Assembly (NCBI GenBank): GCA_963755915.1
Contig: CAVWLP010000003.1
Span: 1,024,001-1,088,000 of the forward strand
DNA: 64,000 nt
DNA from: an uncultured Phycisphaerales bacterium
Lineage (GTDB): Bacteria > Planctomycetota > Phycisphaerae > Tepidisphaerales > Tepidisphaeraceae
Direction of reading: 5' to 3'
Below, in pieces: positions 1 through 9,592 of the stretch (the stretch's first letter is position 1; the number at the start of each line of letters is the position of its first letter). Both the position numbers and the translations under genes were made by a program. The notes below the pieces were generated by a model that saw only the letters and a program-made list of their open reading frames with translations, was not told the origin of the DNA and ran no database searches.

Positions 1-609
1 TCAATCGCTCGAATTCGATCTCGTCGAACGGGCGCGCCGTGAAGTCGAGGATGAGATGATTGCCGTCGAGCACCAGCGCGATGTCCGCCGGAAGCAGCGC
101 GGGGATGGTCGATTCGGCCAGGGTTTTGGCGGCATGGGCGTCGCGGCCAAAGATCATGAATCGCTGGTTGGGCATGAGCGAGGGAAAGCTCGCGAGCGAA
201 AACAGATCCACGACGCTCACCTCATGCGAAGTCGGACGCAGTGCGGTCGTGGGCCACGGAGCGGAAAGGTTTCGCAAAATGATGTTCCACGTGCGCGGCG
301 AGGCGACCGCGGACGTGAGGCCGGCATTGGACGTTTGGACTTGCGCAAGGTGAGGGCCCGACCGGTGATCGCGGTCTGGACCCGCGTATTAAAAGATTTG
401 AGCGGAGTAAACTCGGGCAAGTCCGCGGCACTGCCGACCAATCGCAGCTCCTGCGATCGGGCCCAGTCGGCCAGGGCAACAATCCGCCGCCTGCGGGTTT
501 CGCGCCTTACCAGCATCGCGAAAACCCACATGCTCATCGCTAGAATAACCAGCAGGGTAACCAGGATGACGGGGGACGGCGGAATTACAGGAGACGGGAT
601 TGAGGCCAC
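1..609 (-). CDS. Hypothetical membrane-anchored protein, frameshifted, runs off the window start
   Basis: ORF 217..609 has an N-terminal TM segment (VILVTLLVILAMSMWVFAML); plausible coding sequence continues in another frame (..LVLDGNHLILDFTARPFDEIEFER) to base 1. Confidence 0.5.
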
Positions 610-760
610 GGCGCGGCATTGTAAGGACCGCCGATAATTTCCGCAGCATCACCCTTGCGAAAGGGGTGCGTGAATGATCCGAATGCTTGTCAGTTCAGCC
701 GATCAATTTGCCCGACGATTTTTGACGATAACGGGGCGTCCTCGCCAGTACGGAAGACGC

Positions 761-1171
761 ATGGCCGATTTTTCGCAAATCGTCGAGGAAATGAAGACCC
801 GCCACGACGTCCGCGTACGCCGCTGGCGAACGGGAATGAGCGGCAAAGCCTGGCGCGTCTACTACCACGACGGGCGGGTCATGAACTGGATCGAATCCCC
901 CAAGCCCAAGACCCCCATCAGCCTGGCGATTTTCCTGCACGAAGTGGGGCATCACGTGATCGGCTTCGCCAGATATCGCAAGCGCTGCGAGGAGGAGTTC
1001 CACGTCTGGATGTGGGCCCTGAACGAAATGCGCCGGCATCAGGTTGAGCCGGACTATAAGGTACACCGTCGGGTCGAGCTTTCGATGCGCTATGCGGTGG
1101 GCAAGGCGATGCGCCGCGGCATCAAGGAAGTCCCAGAGCTGCTGCTGAAATACCTGCCCGATGCCGCATAA
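761..1171 (+). CDS. Small HEXXH zinc-metallopeptidase-like protein
   Basis: Motif IFLHEVGHH followed by CEEEFHVW; likely ATG at 761 within ORF 674..1171. Confidence 0.65.
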   Translation: MADFSQIVEEMKTRHDVRVRRWRTGMSGKAWRVYYHDGRVMNWIESPKPKTPISLAIFLHEVGHHVIGFARYRKRCEEEFHVWMWALNEMRRHQVEPDYKVHRRVELSMRYAVGKAMRRGIKEVPELLLKYLPDAA

Positions 1172-1203
1172 AAAAAGCCACGGGACGACGATCCCGTGGC
1201 TTT
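1171..1203. terminator. Intrinsic terminator between convergent genes, probably bidirectional
   Basis: AAAAAAGCCACGGGA-cgacga-TCCCGTGGCTTT hairpin with A/T tails. Confidence 0.75.
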
Positions 1204-1223
1204 GGGGTTGTGAATCAAATTTT

Positions 1224-2234
1224 TTACGCGGGAACAGCTTCCGCCAGACGCGCGACGCGTGATTCGGCAATCGCCCGGGACTCTTCTTCTGTCCGGGGGT
1301 TGATGCGAAGAACACCGTCTTCCATCACACTGCGAATCTTGGCCAGCGCCTTGTTCTGGATCTGCCGGACGCGCTCTTTGGTCACGCCGATGATCTTGCC
1401 AACTTCTTCAAGCGTCAGGGGCGATTCCTCTGCCTGCTTCCAGTTGAAGCGGCGGCGAATAACCGTCTGCTCGACGCTGGACAGGTCGGCGAGGTTTCGG
1501 TCGACGATCGCCTTGAGCTCATCAATGCAATCATCCTCGACCTGATCCCGCCGGCGGTCGGCCCAATCGCTCTGCTCCATTTCCGGCTCAAATTCCACCG
1601 GGAAACGGGTGCGATGCTTGGAAGCCTTCATCGCCGTCCGGCTGAAGGCCTTGAGAATCGCCCGGCAGGCATAGGTGCTGAACTTGAACCCTCGATCGAT
1701 CGAGAACTTGTCCACCGCACGGAGCAGGGCCATGTTCCCTTCGCTGACGATCTCGGCGAAATCGGTGTCACCCAGTCGGGTGCGCTTGGCCATCGCCAAC
1801 ACCAGGGCCAGGTTCGTCCGCACCAGGTATTCGCGGAAATGCTCGAGCTTGCGATGCCAATCGAGGAAGTCCCGCGCCATTGCCGCGGTCAACTCACCGG
1901 CGCGGATCTGCTTCTGCATCGCCGACAGGCGTTTCTTGCAGTAGTTGAACCGCAGGAACATCATCCGCTCTTCCGCGGCTTTCATGAGCTGCGGGGGAGT
2001 GCCGGACAGACTGCCGAGGTCGTCGCGCGTGGGCTGATACCAACTGGTCAGCGGCAGCTCGCGCTCGGCGTCCTCGGTGAAAAGTTCCTGCTCCACGTTC
2101 TTGCGACGGAACGTGGGGCTGTCCATGTAACTGAAATTTTCCTCAAGCACAGCCATCACCCGCTCGCGCAATTCACGCGGGACTGGGCTGCTTCGGCTCT
2201 GCTTTTTACCTTTCTTTTTCATCATAATGGCCAT
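1224..2234 (-). CDS. Sigma-70 family RNA polymerase sigma factor (RpoD/RpoS-like, no region 1.1)
   Basis: Region 2 LVRTNLALV..SEGNMALLRAVDKF..GFKFSTYA; region 4 TLEEVGKIIGVTKERVRQIQNKALAK. Confidence 0.92.
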   Translation of the reverse strand: MAIMMKKKGKKQSRSSPVPRELRERVMAVLEENFSYMDSPTFRRKNVEQELFTEDAERELPLTSWYQPTRDDLGSLSGTPPQLMKAAEERMMFLRFNYCKKRLSAMQKQIRAGELTAAMARDFLDWHRKLEHFREYLVRTNLALVLAMAKRTRLGDTDFAEIVSEGNMALLRAVDKFSIDRGFKFSTYACRAILKAFSRTAMKASKHRTRFPVEFEPEMEQSDWADRRRDQVEDDCIDELKAIVDRNLADLSSVEQTVIRRRFNWKQAEESPLTLEEVGKIIGVTKERVRQIQNKALAKIRSVMEDGVLRINPRTEEESRAIAESRVARLAEAVPA

Positions 2235-2532
2235 CTGTGGCCTCCTATTCCTTCAAACGCGCAAACCCGAGTTATGTAGCAAACGGCGTTCGCGTCCCAC
2301 GAAAATTATTCACGTTTGTTTGGCGCAAATATACTTACGCATTCGGCGCGGATAATGTTCACGGGCTAACTACCGAAAGACGCGGCAGTAATGAGCGAAT
2401 CCCGCAGCGGTTTTCCGTCAAGCAAAGTCAAGTGGACACTTATCTCCGACCCGCGCCGATTAAAGTTTGCTCGTCAGGTTTTGGCAGAACCGCTATCCTC
2501 ACCTGCCAATACATGCACCAGGGCGAGGTTTG

Positions 2533-3121
2533 ATGCGGGAAAAAGTCTGTATCGGCGGCACGTTTAATCCTATTCATCATGGACACCTGATTTGCGCGGG
2601 CGGCAGCCGAGGCCGTTGGAGCCAAAACCGTGGTTGTTTTCCCGGCGGGCAGCCCCGCCCACAAGGCAGGGGAGGAGCAAATCGCACCGGCGAACGATCG
2701 CCTGGAAATGTGCCGCCTTGCTCTTTCCGCTAGGGCCGGATTCGAACTGGACGATCGAGAAATCAAACGCTCCGGCCCGACGTACACCATCGATACTGCT
2801 ACACAACTTAAGCGGCAGGGGTGGACCGACGTCCGCTGGATTATCGGGGCTGATATGGTCAATTTTCTTCCACACTGGCACGAAACTGACCGGTTGCTCG
2901 AGGAGGTCCAGTTTATTGTCATGGCCCGGCCAGGCTGGACGTTTGATTGGGACCGCCTGCCCAAGGCCGTGCAAAGATTGCGGGAAAATGTCGTCGAGGT
3001 GCCGCAGATCGACATCAGCGCCACGGAGATTCGCCGGCGGGTGAAGGCCGGTTTGCCGATTGATTATCTTTGCCCGCCTGAGGTGTGCCGGTATATCGAA
3101 GAGCGCGGGTTGTATCGATGA
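2533..3121 (+). CDS. nadD: Nicotinate-nucleotide adenylyltransferase (frameshift near 2600-2625)
   Basis: GGTFNPIHHGHL (HxGH) in one frame; TYTIDT, IIGAD, ISATEIRRR, YIEERGLY in ORF 2630..3121. Confidence 0.9.
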
Positions 3122-4428
3122 TCAATCACTATGACATCGCGTACGGCGTAGGGGTCGGGATTACCGCACCATTCTGGCTGGCGCATCCGAAAGCCCGCAA
3201 GAAGGTCATGCGAGCCTTCTCCCAGCGAATGGGATACACGCCGTCCAGGGATCTTTCCCGGCCCGGGATCATGATCCACGCGGTGAGCCTTGGGGAAATC
3301 AACGCGACGCGGGCGCTGATTGACCAGCTTCGGGCACGGCGGCCAGGAATCGACTTCATCGTCTCGGTCACGACCGAGACCGGCTTCGCCAGGGGAACTG
3401 AAATCTACGGCAACACCAGGGACGTTACGCTGGTGCGATATCCATTGGATTTCAGCTCGGCGGTCGATCGGATGCTGCTCGCGGTGCGGCCGGCCGTCGT
3501 GGCGCTTCTGGAACTGGAAGTCTGGCCGAATTTCGTGAAGAAATGCGCCCAGCGGAAGGTGCCGGTGGTCCTGATCAATGGGCGGATCACCGACGGGAGC
3601 TTCCGAAAATATCGTTTGGCCCAGCCGCTGGTGGGCTCGATGTTCGCCCGACTGACTCACGTGGCGGCACAGGATCAAACCTACGCGAAAAGGTTCACCG
3701 AGCTCGGGGTGCCGGCCACGCGGATCAGCATCACGGGCACAATGAAATTCGACACGGCTGCCGTCGCGGATCGGCTGCCGGGGCAGGAAGACCTCGCTGC
3801 GGCAGTCGGCCTCAAGCCGGGCGGCGAATTGATCTGGGTCTGCGGATCAACCGGCCCGGGCGAGGAAGAGATCGTCCTGACGGCATATGCTGAGCTGCTG
3901 AAACGCTTTCCCGGGCTGCGCCTGGTAATCGTTCCTCGGAAGCCGGAGCGATTCGATGAAGTCGCCCGGCTCATTCTCGATCGCGGGTTCAAACTTGTTC
4001 GCCGATCAAAACCGAATTCAACCGATGGCGCCGTGATTCTCGGAGATACCATCGGCGAACTGCGGAAATTCTACGCCCTGGCCGACGCGGTCTTCGTCGG
4101 CCGAAGCGTGGTAGACCTCGGCCATCGCCAGCATGGCAGCGACATGATCGAGCCCTCCGCCCTCGGCAAGCCGGTGGTCGTCGGCCCGTTCACCGGAAAC
4201 TTTGCGGAAGTCATGAACTGCTTCCGATCGGCCAGCGCCATGATTGAGATCAAATCGCCCGATGAACTAGCGGGCGCGATTGGCCAGTTCCTGCTGGATC
4301 GAGACCGATCTCGGCAATTGGGCTCGGCCGCCCGCGAGGTCGTCAAGGCAAACCAGGGGGCAACGGAGCGTCACGCCCGGCTGATTCTTGACACGCTGGA
4401 TTCCGTCTCCACCATGAGCCCGCGATGA
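3118..4428 (+). CDS. waaA: 3-deoxy-D-manno-octulosonic acid (Kdo) transferase
   Basis: HAVSLGE, YPLD, ELEVWPN, INGRI, GTMKFD, VPRKPERF, DTIGEL, IEPSALGKP motifs; ATG overlaps the nadD stop. Confidence 0.93.
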   Translation: MINHYDIAYGVGVGITAPFWLAHPKARKKVMRAFSQRMGYTPSRDLSRPGIMIHAVSLGEINATRALIDQLRARRPGIDFIVSVTTETGFARGTEIYGNTRDVTLVRYPLDFSSAVDRMLLAVRPAVVALLELEVWPNFVKKCAQRKVPVVLINGRITDGSFRKYRLAQPLVGSMFARLTHVAAQDQTYAKRFTELGVPATRISITGTMKFDTAAVADRLPGQEDLAAAVGLKPGGELIWVCGSTGPGEEEIVLTAYAELLKRFPGLRLVIVPRKPERFDEVARLILDRGFKLVRRSKPNSTDGAVILGDTIGELRKFYALADAVFVGRSVVDLGHRQHGSDMIEPSALGKPVVVGPFTGNFAEVMNCFRSASAMIEIKSPDELAGAIGQFLLDRDRSRQLGSAAREVVKANQGATERHARLILDTLDSVSTMSPR

Positions 4429-5216
4429 AGCTGATGAACCGGCTGGAGCGGAAGTTCGGAAAGTACGCGATCCCCAACGTGACGTTGGGCCTGATCGCGT
4501 TTCAGTGCCTCACCTTCGTGATGGCCCTGACGCAGCCGGAGTTTGTCGGGAAGCTCGTTCTCACGCATGACGCCCTGTTTGCCGGCGAGTGGTGGCGGGT
4601 GCTGACCGTGCTCCTGATGCCGCCCTCAACGGATCCGAGCTATCTCATTTTCATTCTCTTCGCGATTTATCTCTTCTACCTGTTTGGATCCGCGCTAGAG
4701 AACGAGTGGGGAATATTCCGCTACAACCTCTTCCTGCTCGTCGGTTATCTCGCGACCATTCTGGCGGCTCTGGTCCCCGGCGCGGTCATCACAAACCTTT
4801 ACCTGATGGAGTCGGTCTTCCTCGCTTTCGCGTGGCTCTTTCCTGAGTTCACGATTCGGATTTTCTTTTTTTTCCCAGTTCAGGTGAAATGGATCGGCCT
4901 GATTGCCTGGATCATGTTCCTCTTTCAATTCCTCAGCGGTAACTGGGCAACTAAAGCAGAAATCGCCGCAGGGGTTCTCAACTTCGGAATCTTCTTTCAC
5001 GCCGATATCTGGCAGCGGATTCGGGGCTATCCGCGGAAATATCGGAGCCGGATGGAGCAGGCGCGGGCGCGGGAAGCAAAGCCGCCGATGCACGTCTGTG
5101 CCGTTTGCGGCGTGACGGAGCAATCGGACCGGAAGATGGAATTCCGCTATTGCCCGCAGTGCACCGGAACCCCGGCGTATTGCATCAACCACATCAATAA
5201 CCATCAGCACAAGTGA
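4425..5216 (+). CDS. Rhomboid/Derlin-like membrane protein with C-terminal Cys/His zinc-finger-like tail
   Basis: GEWWRVLT loop motif, several TM helices, C-terminal CAVC..YCPQC..YCINH. Confidence 0.7.
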   Translation: MKLMNRLERKFGKYAIPNVTLGLIAFQCLTFVMALTQPEFVGKLVLTHDALFAGEWWRVLTVLLMPPSTDPSYLIFILFAIYLFYLFGSALENEWGIFRYNLFLLVGYLATILAALVPGAVITNLYLMESVFLAFAWLFPEFTIRIFFFFPVQVKWIGLIAWIMFLFQFLSGNWATKAEIAAGVLNFGIFFHADIWQRIRGYPRKYRSRMEQARAREAKPPMHVCAVCGVTEQSDRKMEFRYCPQCTGTPAYCINHINNHQHK

Positions 5217-5220
5217 TTGG

Positions 5221-6168
5221 CTATTTCTGACAGTTGGGGCATTTGGGATCTTCGCAGGGCTCGACATGAGCCGTCGCGTTTGCCTGCTCTAGGGCGACTT
5301 CGATTTCGTGCTCGATGGCGCTGGCGATTTCATGCCCCTTCTCGATGCTCAAATGCTTCGGGATCATGATGTGGAAATCGACCCAGTGGTCGCGGCCTGT
5401 GTGCCGGAAACGGAGCTTGTGATAGCTGCATATTCGAGGCTCGCTGCCCGACGGGCCGAGATGGGCGTCGAGGATTTTCGAGAGAAACTGGCGGTCGGCG
5501 GGGTCCTGCTCGTCCATCAGTCCGGCGGCCGAGCGTTTCAACAGGGTGATCCCGAGAAACGCAATGTACACGGCGACAGCGAGAGCGGCGGCCGGATCGA
5601 TCCACTGCCAGCCGGTGAGCTTCACGAGGGCGATGGCGATGAGGACGGCCACGCTGTCGAAGGCATCGGTCATCAGGTGAATCCCTGCGGCCTCGAGGAC
5701 AATCGCCTTGTTTTTCTTGCCGCGATACCAGAGCCCGATTCCCAGCACGCCATTGACGAGCAGGGCGAAGCTGACGAGGACAATGCCGACGTCGAGTTTT
5801 ACGATCTGCGGCGGATGGCCGGCGAAGAATGAGGTGATGACCTTCCCGCCGATCAGGAGTCCGGCCAGGATAATTGACGAACCTTCGAGCCCGGCGGAGA
5901 CGAATTCAATTTTCCCATGGCCGTAGGGGTGGTCGACATCGGCGGGCCGATAGGAAAGGCGAATGGCGTAAACCGCGAAGGCGGCGGTGACTACGTTGGC
6001 CGTGTTCTCCAGGGCGTCGGAAAAGATTGCCTGGGAACCGGTTATGAAATAGGCGACCAGCTTGACGATCAGTAGAACTACGCCGACGGCGAGGGAGATT
6101 TTTGCCCAGCGCAGCTCGACCCCGAGGAGTTGCGGCTTGTTTCCGACCGTGCCATCGGTATTGGCCAT
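5221..6168 (-). CDS. Cation diffusion facilitator family transporter (FieF-like)
   Basis: SDALEN, PADVDHPYGHGKIE, HLMTD, IDP and HVEP motifs. Confidence 0.92.
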   Translation of the reverse strand: MANTDGTVGNKPQLLGVELRWAKISLAVGVVLLIVKLVAYFITGSQAIFSDALENTANVVTAAFAVYAIRLSYRPADVDHPYGHGKIEFVSAGLEGSSIILAGLLIGGKVITSFFAGHPPQIVKLDVGIVLVSFALLVNGVLGIGLWYRGKKNKAIVLEAAGIHLMTDAFDSVAVLIAIALVKLTGWQWIDPAAALAVAVYIAFLGITLLKRSAAGLMDEQDPADRQFLSKILDAHLGPSGSEPRICSYHKLRFRHTGRDHWVDFHIMIPKHLSIEKGHEIASAIEHEIEVALEQANATAHVEPCEDPKCPNCQK

Positions 6169-6358
6169 GGAACCTCAAAAACCGGGGGCGAAACCGGTGG
6201 GCGGGGATAGTAACAGGTTTTTCGGTTCTACCCCCAGCCCCTCTTTCCAATAAAAAAGCGAAGGTTAAACTGGTGTTGCTTGCGAAGTCATCTTTGCGCA
6301 AACCTAATAATGCGGTTATATGATTCATCCGACTAGCAATGGAGTACTCGGAGGTTAA

Positions 6359-6991
6359 ATGAGCCGACCCGGCATGGAAGGCCAAAGAGTGCGATCTTTG
6401 TCCTGGTTCCGCGAATGGGTTTTCGAGCAACTCGGTAGCATCCGCCATGAGAGGCGTGTGTCGGCTATTTGCCGAATTCTGTTCGAAAAGACCCTCCCCC
6501 TGCACGATCTGAATCGAAACGACCTGCGGCTTTTGAAGCTGGCAGCGTATCTGCATGACATTGGGCGATCGGTTAACAACAAGAATCACCCGGCCGAAGG
6601 CGCACGGATCATCCGGCGTGAGAGCGACTTGCCGCTGAAGAAGCGGCAGAGGCGGATGCTGGCGTACGTGGCGCTGCGGCATCGGGGTCGGGTGCCGGAT
6701 GCGAGCGAAGACCGGGCGCTGGGCCGCGTGAGCGATAAAGAGAGGGCCCGGCTGCTTCTGGCATTTCTTCGGGCGGCGGACACGCTGGACAGCCGGTGGC
6801 TGCCGGCGCCGGGGCTGAGCATTTCCCGGCGGGGGCAGAGATTGCGAATCGTCTGCTGGGCGCGGGGCGATGCCCAAGAGGCCCGGAGCATCTTTGGGCG
6901 GCGGAAGAAGTTTAAGCTGCTGGAAGAGATGCTCGACTGCCGGATCGAGGTCGCGGTGAAGGTTCGCCGGCGTATGCGGGCGGCGGCTTAG
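6359..6991 (+). CDS. Stand-alone HD-domain protein resembling the Ppx/GppA C-terminal domain
   Basis: HERRV..AAYLHDIG..HPAEG..RHR..LRAADTLD. Confidence 0.8.
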   Translation: MSRPGMEGQRVRSLSWFREWVFEQLGSIRHERRVSAICRILFEKTLPLHDLNRNDLRLLKLAAYLHDIGRSVNNKNHPAEGARIIRRESDLPLKKRQRRMLAYVALRHRGRVPDASEDRALGRVSDKERARLLLAFLRAADTLDSRWLPAPGLSISRRGQRLRIVCWARGDAQEARSIFGRRKKFKLLEEMLDCRIEVAVKVRRRMRAAA

Positions 6992-7346
6992 AGCATCTGT
7001 TTCGTTTCACCCCCCACACTTCTGTGATTGCGACATCATATTTAGGTGAGTGAAATTCAAAATAAGTTAGTGGCTGCGAACAAATCGTTCCCGCGTTGTG
7101 GCGGGGGGTTTCGTCACCGTTGACGGTTTTGATAAATTCGAAAGAGCTGCCCCGGGGGTGTACGTGTTTTTTCCTGGATTGCGACGGGGTTGTTCGTCGT
7201 CTTTTTTTTGCCCCGTGGCGAGCGGCTTTTTGGCTGCTCCGGGTTCGTCGAAAATCATGCTCGTCTATATATAGGTGCGGGAGGTGTACGTTTTGGACGT
7301 ATTTTTGGATCTGGCGCGGATTTTTTTGAAATATTTGCGGGGGAAA

Positions 7347-7373
7347 CGCACCCCTGTGGGGTTGCGGCTAAAC
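7347..7373 (-). repeat. REP family A (GTTTAGCCGC + hairpin), copy 1
   Basis: CGCACCCCTGTGGGGTTGCGGCTAAAC; related copies at 8678, 31221, 33251, 37982. Confidence 0.75.
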
Positions 7374-7402
7374 GGGGAGGGGAGCGCACTGGCTAAAAAA
7401 AC

Positions 7403-7430
7403 TTGACAGGAGTTCATCCAGAACTAGGAT
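7403..7430 (+). promoter_or_regulatory. Putative sigma-70 promoter
   Basis: TTGACA-N16-TAGGAT upstream of an AAGGAG RBS and TTG start at 7552. Confidence 0.55.
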
Positions 7431-7551
7431 TAAGGCATTGATACCGTGGGCGTTACGCGCCCATGGGTTAATCGCCTGAGTTTCGAGGGTCTGGCGAGAT
7501 GTAAGAGCTGGTGCCGCCAGGGGTTGAATAGCGAAGTCCAAGGAGTAGCCT

Positions 7552-8432
7552 TTGAGTCCCCTTACTAAGTTGTTTGTCGCGTTGCTGGTGATCGTGTCGA
7601 TGTTGAACGCCGCAGCGATCGTGGTGTTCGTGAACGAGGTGCAGCCCCTCCAACCCGCTCTGGCTGCCGCCCAAGCCCGGTTGTCGGGGCGCAGGCCCAG
7701 GTGGATTCGGCCAACGCCGCCCGCGAGCATGCCGAGGGGATGTACAACGCGGAAGTGCAGCTGCATCAGAAGGATAACAGCGATAATCAGACGAAGCTGA
7801 CGGGGTCGGATTCTGACCTGAACAACGCCCGGGTGACGATTGCCCGGTTGCAGGCGGATAACACCAACCTTCAGTCGGCTTTGAACACGGCCAACAGCAA
7901 TGTTCAGCTTTCGACCTCGACGGCGAACAAGCTGCAGGAGCAGGTGACGGAGCTGCGGACGAGCAACGACGGGCTGGCGAAGCAGAACGAGGAATTTGGA
8001 CGGCGCACGGCGCAGCTCACCAGCGTCCTGGACAGCCTGCAGGCGAAGGACGAGGAGACGCAGGAGAACCTGGCGCAGGCGAAGGATGACAAGCAGAAGC
8101 TGGCGGCGGCACTGAAGGATCGGGGGTATGACCCGCAAATGATCCTCACCGCGCCAGCAGTGAACGCCGTGAGCGCGGCTTCGATTGAAGGCGTGGTTGC
8201 GGATAAGAGCGTTATCAACGGCAACACGTTTGTGACGATCAATGTGGGGAGCTCGCAGGGGGTGCAGCAGGGAATGAAGTTTTACGTGGTGAACGGGCCG
8301 GAATTTCTGGGGATCGTAACGATCGACACGGTTGATACGGATGACGCCATCGGGAAGCTCGAGGGCGCGCCGGATAAGGTGGCGTCGGTGCAGAAGGGTA
8401 ATGAGGTAAAGACGCAGCTTCGGGGGTCTTGA
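7552..8432 (+). CDS. Membrane-anchored coiled-coil protein with C-terminal beta domain (FlgT-C-like); frameshift near 7690
   Basis: N-terminal TM in ORF 7552..7800; heptad-rich middle and INVGSSQGVQQGMKFYV..VQKGNEV end in ORF 7701..8432. Confidence 0.65.
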
Positions 8433-8504
8433 AAGAGAGTTTAATTCCCCACGGCGGCGCCGTGGGCGTTCAGGGATGGAAGTGAAGGTTGATTGGAGTC
8501 GTTT

Positions 8505-8675
8505 ATGAGTCGTATCGCGACGGGTGATCGGCCGGTAATCGTTAAGCCTACGAACAATGTTTATACGGTTCTGGTGCTGGTGGCGTTGCTGGTAAACGTG
8601 ATCGCATTTTTGGTGGTGTTTCTGCGATACGCGATCGTTTTTGGGGCTAGCGCGAATATGTTTTCGACGCACTAA
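8505..8675 (+). CDS. Small single-TM hypothetical protein
   Basis: GGAG RBS and ATG; KPTNNVYTVLVLVALLVNVIAFLVVF. Confidence 0.6.
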   Translation: MSRIATGDRPVIVKPTNNVYTVLVLVALLVNVIAFLVVFLRYAIVFGASANMFSTH

Positions 8676-8677
8676 AG

Positions 8678-8705
8678 GCGCGCCCGCAAGCGGGGGTGGC
8701 TAAAC
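8678..8705 (-). repeat. REP family A, copy 2
   Basis: GCGCGCCCGCAAGCGGGGGTGGCTAAAC. Confidence 0.65.
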
Positions 8706-8714
8706 AAGAGTGAG

Positions 8715-9359
8715 ATGCCGTTTCGATTACGCGATTGCCTGCCGTTTTCGGCGCGGGCGCCCTGAGAGATCGTGTTGCGGGGTTTAAATTTCTGGAAGTC
8801 GGTTCGCTTGTGGATGGGGAGCTGGAGCTGGTTGCGCCATCGGCGCAGTGGGTAGAGGCGGTGCTGGGGATCTGCCGGCATCCGGTATCGGTGCAAAAGT
8901 CGCCGGGGCTGGGGGAGACGACGCGGCAGAATATCGTGGAATTTTTGCGTAATTGTCCGGGGGGGCATCAAGCGGCGAATACGTGCGGGGGAACGGCGCC
9001 GGCGTATCATTTCTGGATGCACGATAAGAGCAATCCGGACCATCCGATAGCCGGGGGGCTGAATCTGCGGGTGGGGACGCAATATGACCTGGTGATGTTC
9101 AACGGGCAGGTGGGGTACATGGTTTATCCACCGGCGCGGGGGCGGCATTTCGCGGAGCGAGCGGTGCGGCTGCTGTTTCCGCTGGCGCGGCGGCATGGGA
9201 TCAACCCGCTGTGGATCACGTGCAACCCGGATAATTTTGCGTCGAGACGAACGTGCGAACGGCTGGGTGGGCAACTGGTGGAGATCGTTCCGGTGCCGAC
9301 GGAGAACGCGTTGTATGCGCGGGGAGCGGGAGAAATGCAGATATCGGATTGATTTGTAA
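8715..9359 (+). CDS. GNAT family N-acetyltransferase (ends probably frameshifted)
   Basis: GQVGYMVYPPARGRHFAERA..ITCNPDNFASRRTCERLGG in ORF 8735..9352. Confidence 0.85.
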
Positions 9360-9592
9360 GTCCCTCGGCGGCGCTTTATTTTTATCCGGATTATTTCTTT
9401 TGGGGTATTCCGTTTAGCGAAGAATTTGGAGGGAGATTTTTATCGGTTGCGGTTTGGGTGACGAGGGGGACGCGGTGACTCGAATATCACGGGCGGTTGC
9501 GCTGGGAGGACACATGGCTGTCCTGGTGACGGTCGGGGCGTCCTTGAGGTGGAGACTCTATCTCCCGCGGGTGCAAGCACCCCGCGGCTTTG

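Noticed and set aside
7067-7258. 63-aa minus-strand ORF or ncRNA in the 7.0-7.3 kb spacer
   Set aside because: No motif, clear RBS or recognisable RNA fold
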